Positions 26,338 to 33,284 of a stretch of 37,406 nt of DNA are shown here, piece by piece. The stretch lies in assembly GCA_903860995.1 (NCBI GenBank), contig CAIOSS010000042.1, positions 1-37,406 of the forward strand, given 5' to 3'. Source of the stretch: an uncultured delta proteobacterium (GTDB lineage: Bacteria; Myxococcota_A; Polyangia; Polyangiales; Ga0077539). Each line of letters starts with the position of its first letter. Position 1 is the first letter of the stretch. A program made the translations under genes and the position numbers. The notes under the pieces were generated by a model that saw only the letters and a program-made list of their open reading frames with translations, did not search any database and had not been told where the DNA came from.

Positions 26338-27759
26338 ATGCCACGACCCACCCCGTTTTCGACCGACCACACCGCGTTCGCGTCTACCGCCCGCGCGGGC
26401 TTCGCCTCGCAGGAAGCCCGCGTGGAGGGGGAGATCCCGCCGTGGCTCCGCGGCGACCTCGTGCGTACCGCCCCGGCGCTCTTCGCCGAGGGCCGCTGGG
26501 CCGCGGCGCACTGGTTCGACGCCATCGGGATGCTCTACCGCTTCCACGTCGCCTCGCCGACGTCCGTCACCTGGTCGCAGCGCCTGCTCGAGTGCGACGC
26601 GGCCCGCGCGGCGCAGCGCGGCGAGATGCCGATGTCGTCCTTCGCGACGCCCAACACCCGCGGCGCCCTCGATCGCGCCCTGCATCCCGTGCCCGCGCGC
26701 TCGGACAACACCAACGTCAACGTGCTGAAGCTCGGGCCCGACTGGGTCGCGATGACCGAGACCGAGACCCAGTACGTCATCGACCCGGCGTCGCTCTCCA
26801 CCCGCGGGCGCGTGCGCTACGACGACGCGCTCGGCGGCGACCTCGCGATGATCGCGCACCCGCACCTCGACGTGGCCCGCCGCCGCGTGGTGAACGTCGG
26901 CACGCGCCTCGGCGCGTCCGCGGAGCTGGTGGTCTTCGAGCACGCGCCCGACGAGCGGCGGCGCGTCGAGGTCGGCCGCTGGAAGACCGGGGAGTTCCCG
27001 TACGTGCACGCCTTCGCGCTGACGCCCTCGAAGACGGTGCTGATCGATCATCCGCTGCGCGCGCGGCCGGCCTCGCTGCTGTGGTCCAACCGCGGGTACA
27101 TCGAGCACTTCGAGTGGCAGGGGCGCACGCCGACGCGGCTCGTCGTGATCGACCGCCGGGGCGGCCCCACGCGGGTGCTCGAGACCGACCCGATGTTCGT
27201 CTTCCACACCGTCCACGCCTTCGACGACGGCGACGCCCTCGTCATGGACGTGATCGCCTACCCCGACGCCTCGGTGATCGACGCCCTGCGCATCGACCGC
27301 CTGCGCGACGCCAACATTACCGCGCAGGCGTCGCTGGTGCGTCTGCGGCTCGACCTCGCGACGGGCGCCGTGCGCCGCGAGGTACTGCTCGCCGACGGGT
27401 TCGAGTTTCCGGCCGTGAGCTACGGCCAGGTGAACGGGCAGCGGCACCGCCGGGTGTGGGGCGCCCGGCTGGTCCGCGACGCCGACGGCCTGCGATCGAC
27501 CCTGGTGCGCCTCGACCTCGAGCGCGGCGACCTCGCGACCTTCACCGACGGCGACGTGGTCTACGGCGAGCCCGTGTTCGTCGCCCGCCCCGGGGCCACC
27601 GCGGAGGACGACGGGGTGATCCTCGCGGTGGGCTCGTCGCCGTCGCAGGGGCGGGCGCACCTCGCCGTGCTGCGCGCCGACGACCTCACCCGCGTGGCGA
27701 CCGCCCACGTCGACGTGCCGCTGCCGCTGGGGTTTCACGGCAGCTTCGCGCGGGCGTGA
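26338..27759 (+). CDS. Carotenoid/stilbene-cleaving oxygenase (RPE65/CCD family)
   Basis: ATG at 26338 with GAAGGAG 11-17 nt upstream. 473 aa. Family-typical His-containing strands (AAHWFD, MIAHPHLD, YVHAFAL, FVFHTVHAFDD, LGFHGSF). Confidence 0.9.
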   Translation: MPRPTPFSTDHTAFASTARAGFASQEARVEGEIPPWLRGDLVRTAPALFAEGRWAAAHWFDAIGMLYRFHVASPTSVTWSQRLLECDAARAAQRGEMPMSSFATPNTRGALDRALHPVPARSDNTNVNVLKLGPDWVAMTETETQYVIDPASLSTRGRVRYDDALGGDLAMIAHPHLDVARRRVVNVGTRLGASAELVVFEHAPDERRRVEVGRWKTGEFPYVHAFALTPSKTVLIDHPLRARPASLLWSNRGYIEHFEWQGRTPTRLVVIDRRGGPTRVLETDPMFVFHTVHAFDDGDALVMDVIAYPDASVIDALRIDRLRDANITAQASLVRLRLDLATGAVRREVLLADGFEFPAVSYGQVNGQRHRRVWGARLVRDADGLRSTLVRLDLERGDLATFTDGDVVYGEPVFVARPGATAEDDGVILAVGSSPSQGRAHLAVLRADDLTRVATAHVDVPLPLGFHGSFARA

Positions 27760-27780
27760 ACCGTCCCGCGACGGCGCCCG

Positions 27781-28040
27781 GAAGTTGCGCCGGTCGCCGT
27801 CGAAGAAGCCCGCCGCGCGCACGCCGACGCGGCCAAACACCATCGCTGCGGGCGCCGCGAACTGCGACGAGAACGGCATGAACCGATACACCAGCCGCTC
27901 GGCCCCGGCAGTGGTCACGACCGCCGCGCCGAGGTGATCGGGCCGCGCGGGAAACACCACCACCATCGCCTCGTCGGCGGACGTCGTGCCGGCGAGCGTG
28001 AGGGCGGCGTCGCGACCCGCGAGGACGTCGAGGCACCGGA
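27781..28040 (-). pseudogene. Coding remnant on the minus strand (no possible stop codon before it runs antisense into the oxygenase gene)
   Basis: Hand tallies over 60-nt windows (27781-27840, 27841-27900, 27961-28020) put 90-95% G/C on the third position of the minus frame of ORF 24724..28443 (...MVVVFPARPDHLGAAVVTTAGAERLVYRFMPFSSQFAAPAAMVFGRVGVRAAGFFDG...). That frame has no stop until 24724. Boundaries are approximate. Confidence 0.3.
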
Positions 28041-28050
28041 CGACCTGCCG

Positions 28051-28525
28051 GTGGACCTCGACCACTTCCAGGGGCTCCGTCGGAACCGCGTCGTCAACGA
28101 CCCGGTCGTGCTGTTCGAACTCTTCCGTCGCGGGACGTACGGGGTACCCATGTCCGACGGCGCGTGCGCGCGCCTGCGGCTGCACGACGACGAGAACGGC
28201 CAGCTTCTCGTGACCGCGGCCGGATACACCGCCATGGTGGTCGTCTGGGCGTCGACGCACCGACGCGGGCAGCCCGCGGAGTTCACGATCAACGACCCGC
28301 AGTACCGCGTGTTCGACGCGTTTCCCGCGGGCGACCGCGGCGTGCTGATGTTCCTCGTGGGCGACCGCCTTGGCAGCCGGTACCGTCTCACCCGGGATGG
28401 CACCAGCCTCGCGGTGACCGCGCCGAACAGCGTTGCCGGGCAACGCCGTCGTGCAGATGCACCCGAACCGTCGGACGTGCCTCGCCGAGGCCGCGGAGTT
28501 TCACGCCGTGGGCATCGCGCCGTGA
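28051..28525 (+). pseudogene. Frameshifted small gene (unknown function)
   Basis: Third-position GC is ~90-95% in the plus frame of ORF 27934..28698 at 28081-28320 (...QLLVTAAGYTAMVVVWASTHRRGQPAEFTINDPQYRVFDAFPAGDRGVLMFLVGDRLGSRYRLTRDGTSLAV). At ~28430 it moves to the next plus frame (LPGNAVVQMHPNRRTCLAEAAEFHAVGIAP, TGA 28523-28525). The possible start is GTG 28051. Confidence 0.4.
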
Positions 28526-28698
28526 CGGTCCATCCCCCGCGCGCTCGTCGTGATCCGCGCAGTCGTGCTCCATGGGCTCGTCCTCGCCGACCTCGCGACC
28601 GCGCACGCACGCCACGCAGCACGTCTCCGCCGGAGCCTCACCGTGAGAGGAGAGCCCCTCCGCGTGCGCCCGACGAGCCCCGGGGGAGCCTCGCATAA

Positions 28699-28814
28699 GC
28701 GTTAACCGTTGATCGATCAGGTTGTAGGGGCACCCCGTGTGGGTTCCCTCGTCGCCAACGTCGGGCATCCACAAGGGGTGCCCCTACAAAAACCACGGGA
28801 CGAACGGTTAACGC
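28699..28814. repeat. 116-bp compound inverted repeat (MITE-like or giant hairpin)
   Basis: Outer arms gcgttaaccgtt (28699-28710) and aacggttaacgc (28803-28814) match 12/12. Inner arms ttgtaggggcaccccgtgtgg (28722-28742) and ccacaaggggtgcccctacaa (28769-28789) match 20/21. The central loop is 26 nt. Confidence 0.85.
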
Positions 28815-28860
28815 CCATGGGACGAGGGGTGGCGGCGGTGGCGGCGGCGGGTGGCGGCGG

Positions 28861-30165
28861 CTATGGGCTGAAGGACTCGCTCCTCGCGGGGAACGGGTCC
28901 GTGGCATTCCCCGCAGCGCCGCCGACGGTCGCGAGCACCGCCTCGTGCACGACGTGTGGGCGCAGCCAGTCGGGCCAGCCGATCGCCACGACCTTGTCGT
29001 CCGGGCGCGGCGCGCCGCGCAGGCGCCCGGGTGTCACCAGCACCGAGCCCGCGAAATCTGACAGGTGTCGGGCGTAGTCCACCGCGTATCCGATCGCCTC
29101 ATCGAATCCCCGGTGCAGGTACGACGGGTCCTTGCTCAGCTTGACCTCGATCACCACGGCGCGCGGCTCTCTTCCTGGGCCGTCGCCGAGGACGACGACG
29201 TCGGGGCGAGACGATGCCTCGCCGCCAAAGTAGTGGGCGATCGCCTCCTGACGACGGCCCGAGGCGAGCGGCGACTGGTTGTAGAACATCCGGAGTCGAC
29301 GCCCGTCGTCGCACTCGAAGACGACGATCTCCTGGCGGCGCGGGTCGACCACCGCATGACGGATCTGCCAGCGGCCGGGCGCCTCGCGGGTGAGTCGGTG
29401 CTCGATGGCGTGTGCGAGCGTCAGGGCCACCGCCAGTTCGAACCGCTGCCAGGGCTCCATCGGCCACAGCGCTCCCTTCGCGACACATCGCGCGACGGAC
29501 CGCGGATCGTTCGAGTCGAGGGTCTCGCGGAGCGCGTCGAAGAGTGTCGCGGCGAGGGCGAATGCCCGCTGGGGTCGGCCCCGCAGTGCGTGCGGCTCCA
29601 CGTCGTCGAAGGCCACCACCGCGACCCGTCGCAGCGCGGTTCGCTCGAGCGTGCTCCGAAGCGCGCGATCCCACGCGATGGCGTGCGTGGCCCAGCCCGG
29701 AGGCGCTCTCCCCCACCCGCGGAGCAGCGAGGCGAGCACCGCGCACAGCCGCACCACGACAGCGCGAACGACCACCTCCGCGGGCTGGTCGTACCGACGA
29801 ACGCGCACCCGCGACACGAGCGTCTCGCGGTCTCCGCGCATCCTGGCCGCGAGCGTGCGAGGGACGTCGAGCCGCCCCAGCAGCCGCCCGCGATGGGCCT
29901 CCGGCGTCACCTCCGTGCGCCCGCGCAGTGCGCGGCAGAGGTCGGGCAGCGCCCGCAGGGCGAACTCTGCGATCTCGTTGCCGTGCGCGGCCACGAGGGT
30001 CGACGCGCGAAAGGTCGCGAACGACGCGCCCGGACCGAGCACGCGGCGCACCAGCTGCTCGGCTGCGGCCGGATCGATGGCGCCCTGCATCGCGCTCGGC
30101 AGGAGGTACGCGGGGAAGAGCGCCTCGAAGCGGGCCTCCCAGGGGTCGTCGAGCGGCGCGCTCAC
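28861..30165 (-). CDS. McrC-like PD-(D/E)xK nuclease partner (434 aa)
   Basis: The GTG start overlaps the stop of the upstream McrB-like gene (GTGA). C-terminal nuclease core RPDVVVLGDGPGREPRAVVIEVKLS (D322 ... E340-x-K342). The N-terminal ~300 aa are unassigned. Confidence 0.7.
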   Translation of the reverse strand: MSAPLDDPWEARFEALFPAYLLPSAMQGAIDPAAAEQLVRRVLGPGASFATFRASTLVAAHGNEIAEFALRALPDLCRALRGRTEVTPEAHRGRLLGRLDVPRTLAARMRGDRETLVSRVRVRRYDQPAEVVVRAVVVRLCAVLASLLRGWGRAPPGWATHAIAWDRALRSTLERTALRRVAVVAFDDVEPHALRGRPQRAFALAATLFDALRETLDSNDPRSVARCVAKGALWPMEPWQRFELAVALTLAHAIEHRLTREAPGRWQIRHAVVDPRRQEIVVFECDDGRRLRMFYNQSPLASGRRQEAIAHYFGGEASSRPDVVVLGDGPGREPRAVVIEVKLSKDPSYLHRGFDEAIGYAVDYARHLSDFAGSVLVTPGRLRGAPRPDDKVVAIGWPDWLRPHVVHEAVLATVGGAAGNATDPFPARSESFSP

Positions 30166-32333
30166 GCCGTCGGGCCGAACATGTCGATGAGACGCGCGCG
30201 GAGCATGGCGACCGCGGCGGGCGACGCGGCCCCATCGATCGATCGGTGCAGCGTCGCGGTGACGCGAGCGAGCGCCTCGGCGTCGAGCCCATCGAGCTGT
30301 GGCAGGAGGAAGAACGCAATGGCCTCGGCGAGCGCGTCGGCGCCGCCCTGTCGGCGGCGCAGGTACCGCACGACGTCGAGCGCGAGCGCGGGTCCGACGG
30401 GCCGATCGCGCAGGAGACCATCGCGGGAAAAGAGCGACTGCACGCGGCGCATCAGCGTCTCGTCGATGGGCGGATCGAAGCCCGGGCGAGAGGCGTGCGC
30501 GGCGATGAGCGACTGAAACGCAGTGTCGTCGGGCGGGTCGATGGTCACCACGGCGAAGCGGCGGAGCAGCGCGTAGGAGAGGCGAAAGAGCGACGACTTG
30601 TCCCAGGTGTTCATCGTGGCGATGACGCGGAAGCTGGGCGCGACGAGGTGTGTGTCCGTGGGCTCGAACCCGAGCGTGATGGGCCTGCCGTCGTTGCCGA
30701 AGAAGGGGGTCTCGGCGCCGCGTCCGGCGAGGACGGTGAGCAGCTCACCAAACGCGCGGTCGACGTCGGCGCGGTTGAGCTCGTCGATGAGGAGCCAGTG
30801 GTAGCTCGCGAGCGCGCGCAGAAACACCCCGGGCCGAAACTGCAGCGTGTTGTCTTGCTGCAACGCATAGCCTCCGACGGTCTCGAAGGTCGACCAGTCG
30901 GCGGAGGCGGTGGTCGTGAGCAGCCCGTGGCAATAGCCCTCCGCCTTCGCGGCGGCCGCGATGGCGCTCGCGAGCTCCGTCTTGCCCGTGCCCGGAGGAC
31001 CGATGAGCAACAGGTGCTTTCCGGTCGAGAGCGCCGCGGCGATCTGCGTGAGCAGCATCGGCGGGAGCACCAGATCCCTCAACTGCGTGGCGATGCGGCT
31101 GGGATCGAGCGCGAGGCGCTCCGCGCTCCACCCGACGGGCTCGCCGGACGGCGTGGGTGCGACGGGTGGTTCGCCGACGCCGGGGTCCGGATTCACGACG
31201 CCCGGTTGCACGTCGACCCCGTGGGCGCGGAGCACCTCGCGGCCGAGGGTCGTGGCGCGGTCGACGTCGTCCTCGCGCTCCGTGAGACCCAGGGAGATAA
31301 GCCAGTTGCGTCGAAAGCTCGGCTGGGCGTTCGTTCGCCAGGTGGTACCGAGCCTGGTGTTCAGCGCGGGCAGAGCGCGGGCAGACGTGCAGCCTTCGGG
31401 TTGTGCAGAAAGCTCCAGCGTGTCGAGCATGCCGCGGTAACGGGCGTCGAGGCGCTCGAAGAGCACGCGAGGCTCGGGAGCCGCCAGATACGAGCGTCCC
31501 GCCTCGGAGATCGTCAATCGCCCGTCGTCGCGGTCCGTCAATCCCAGGCTGAGGAACTGGCGTACGTAACCGTGGATCGAGGTCTTCCCATGCGCACCGT
31601 ATTGCTCGCGGAGCATCGTGCGGAGGTCCTCCACGGTTCGCTCGGCGTCCGCGATCCAGCGGAGGAGTGTGTCGTGCGTGTTCTTGTACTCGCGCATTCC
31701 GCCGGGCAGCGGCCAGAGACCGTCGTGGCGCTCGTCGTCGGCCGCCGCGACGTCACTGGGGACGAGACCCTTCGCGACCGTTTCCCCCGGCGTGACGGTC
31801 TCCTCCGTGGGCAGTGCGACCGCGTCGGCGATCACCCCCGGCAGGGCGTCGATCGTGCCTCTCCCCTCTCCTCTCGCGATCTTTTCCACGAGCAGCGCGC
31901 GCAGCGTCGGCCATGCCGTGGCGGCCACGGGGAAGTTCGTCCCCTGCGCATTGCGGATGATGCTGACCTCGCGAAGCGCCGCGTCGGCGACGAGCGTGGC
32001 GCGAGGAATCTCGCTCGTGAAGATCGCGAGGTAGCGAAACTCCACCCGCCATTTGACCAGTTGGTAGGGCTGCAAGGCGGTGTCCGTGCGCGCGTCGTCG
32101 TCGCGCTCGAAGGGCGGCGCGGTCAGCACCCCGACGGCGTGGATGCCCGCGCTGCGGCCCGAGGACCACAAGAGCACGATGTCGCCGGGGCGCATCCAGG
32201 CGCGCCGCTGCGAGGCGTTCCACCAGTCCGTGTCGCCCGGCGACACCCCCGGCAGATGGGCCGCCAGATCGAACTGCCCGGGGTTGGCCTGGAAGATCCA
32301 CGCGCGCGCTTTCCCTGACACGTCGTCGTTCAT
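30162..32333 (-). CDS. EVE-domain / unassigned sensor region / McrB-family AAA+ GTPase fusion (723 aa)
   Basis: N-terminal PUA-like EVE pattern (AWIFQANPGQFDL, RPGDIVLLWSSG, IIRNAQGTNFPV). Walker A GPPGTGKT, Walker B LLIDELN, McrB signature MNTWDKS (NxxD). Confidence 0.85.
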   Translation of the reverse strand: MNDDVSGKARAWIFQANPGQFDLAAHLPGVSPGDTDWWNASQRRAWMRPGDIVLLWSSGRSAGIHAVGVLTAPPFERDDDARTDTALQPYQLVKWRVEFRYLAIFTSEIPRATLVADAALREVSIIRNAQGTNFPVAATAWPTLRALLVEKIARGEGRGTIDALPGVIADAVALPTEETVTPGETVAKGLVPSDVAAADDERHDGLWPLPGGMREYKNTHDTLLRWIADAERTVEDLRTMLREQYGAHGKTSIHGYVRQFLSLGLTDRDDGRLTISEAGRSYLAAPEPRVLFERLDARYRGMLDTLELSAQPEGCTSARALPALNTRLGTTWRTNAQPSFRRNWLISLGLTEREDDVDRATTLGREVLRAHGVDVQPGVVNPDPGVGEPPVAPTPSGEPVGWSAERLALDPSRIATQLRDLVLPPMLLTQIAAALSTGKHLLLIGPPGTGKTELASAIAAAAKAEGYCHGLLTTTASADWSTFETVGGYALQQDNTLQFRPGVFLRALASYHWLLIDELNRADVDRAFGELLTVLAGRGAETPFFGNDGRPITLGFEPTDTHLVAPSFRVIATMNTWDKSSLFRLSYALLRRFAVVTIDPPDDTAFQSLIAAHASRPGFDPPIDETLMRRVQSLFSRDGLLRDRPVGPALALDVVRYLRRRQGGADALAEAIAFFLLPQLDGLDAEALARVTATLHRSIDGAASPAAVAMLRARLIDMFGPTA

Positions 32334-32438
32334 CGGCGCCCATCATCGGTCCGCGCCCGTCGCGCTGTCGACCTGGAAGCCCGTCGCGCGCACCGTCCCC
32401 CTCGCGCTGTCGCTCCGGAGCTCAGGTACGCTCGCGGG

Positions 32439-33206
32439 ATGGCCACTCCTCGCGCGAAGAAGCAGCCCGTCATCCCCAGGTCGAAGCCCGCCGCCGCGCC
32501 CGCGAAGCGGAAGCTGCCCGCCGCGCTCGAGCGGCGCGCGAGGGCGCTGCACGACGCGGCGCAGGCCCGACTCGTCGAGCAGGGCCGCGAGGCCATCGCG
32601 CTCATCCGTGCCCGCCGCGAGGCTATCGCCGACGACTACTTCGACGTGGGCCACGCGCTCATCACCCTGAAGAACACCGCCGTCGCGCTGGCCCTCGGCT
32701 ACGACGACGTCGCGACCATGCTCCGCGCCGAGCTCGACCTCTCCGTCGACACCGCCCACAAGCTTATCGAGCTCGCGACGCGCGTCGACCGCTCGCTCCT
32801 CCGCGAACTCCAGCAGGAGCGCGCCGCGGCCATCCTCGCGCTGGTCGACGCCACTCCCGCGGACGACACGGTCGAAGACCTCCTCCGCGCCCCCTTCGCC
32901 CTTCCCGACCGCAGCGGAGTCCTCGATCTCCGCACCGCCCCGATCGCCGCGATCAAGTCCGCCGCCCGCGCGATCCGGCAGCTGCACGCCCCCGCGGCGA
33001 AGCGCTCGGAGGGCTTCACCACCACGCCCGCCGAGCGCAAGGCGTTCGCCGCGCTCGTCGCCCCCGTCACGAAGCGCGCGTCGCTCCGCGGCGTGGCCAC
33101 CTTCAAGCTCGTCGCGTCACGCGGTGAGCACGGCCCGCTCGTGGAGTCCCGCATCCCGCTGCGCGACTTCGAGCGCGTCACGGCCCTCCTCCACCAGCGC
33201 CGCTGA
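32439..33206 (+). CDS. Hypothetical basic-tailed, HTH-like protein (255 aa), divergent from the McrB-like gene
   Basis: ATG at 32439, very high third-position GC. Lys/Arg/Pro-rich tail (MATPRAKKQPVIPRSKPAAAPAKRKLP) and a helix-turn-helix-looking segment (LGYDDVATMLRAELDLSVDTAHKLIELA). No family recognised. Confidence 0.7.
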   Translation: MATPRAKKQPVIPRSKPAAAPAKRKLPAALERRARALHDAAQARLVEQGREAIALIRARREAIADDYFDVGHALITLKNTAVALALGYDDVATMLRAELDLSVDTAHKLIELATRVDRSLLRELQQERAAAILALVDATPADDTVEDLLRAPFALPDRSGVLDLRTAPIAAIKSAARAIRQLHAPAAKRSEGFTTTPAERKAFAALVAPVTKRASLRGVATFKLVASRGEHGPLVESRIPLRDFERVTALLHQRR

Positions 33207-33219
33207 CTTGCCGCGCACT

Positions 33220-33281
33220 GGGTACGACCGCCGTACCCGGGAGTACGACGGTGGTACTCGACGGAAGGCGGGAGCCCCGCC
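33220..33281. terminator. Three consecutive GC-rich hairpins between convergent genes (putative bidirectional terminators)
   Basis: gggtacg-accgc-cgtaccc (33220-33238), gagtac-gacggtg-gtactc (33241-33259) and ggcggg-agc-cccgcc (33267-33281). No U-tract. Confidence 0.4.
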
Positions 33282-33284
33282 CCG

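Noticed and set aside
24724-28443. 1239-aa minus-strand ORF (and 24978..27881 +, 967 aa) spanning the MBL 3' end, lipoprotein, AraC and oxygenase genes
   Set aside because: It crosses four independently supported genes on both strands. Its product is Arg/Gly/Pro/Ala/His-rich with no motifs. Only its first ~130-220 codons (27781-28040) show genuine third-position GC bias, and that part is reported separately as a remnant.
28697-28774. N-terminal extension of minus ORF 28388..28774 (MWMPDVGDEGTHTGCPYNLIDQRLTL) across the inverted repeat
   Set aside because: It is a translation of the palindrome arms themselves. If the small minus-strand ORF is real, it more plausibly begins at the ATG at 28696, just outside the repeat. 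Its 3' third is also contradicted by stronger plus-strand periodicity at 28441-28500.
28826-28860. (GGC/GGT)n tract as a possible G-quadruplex or coding Gly/Pro repeat
   Set aside because: The G-runs are mostly only 2 nt long and the tract lies outside the McrC-like ORF. I treat it as low-complexity spacer and mention it only with the neighbouring inverted repeat.
29065-32318. Long plus-strand ORFs 29065..30516 (483 aa), 29412..32318 (968 aa), and minus-strand 29099..30421 (440 aa)
   Set aside because: These are shadow frames of the McrC-like and McrB-like genes. Their compositions are Arg/Gly/Ala/Pro-dominated and lack any motif, whereas the chosen frames carry Walker A/B, NxxD and PD-ExK motifs.
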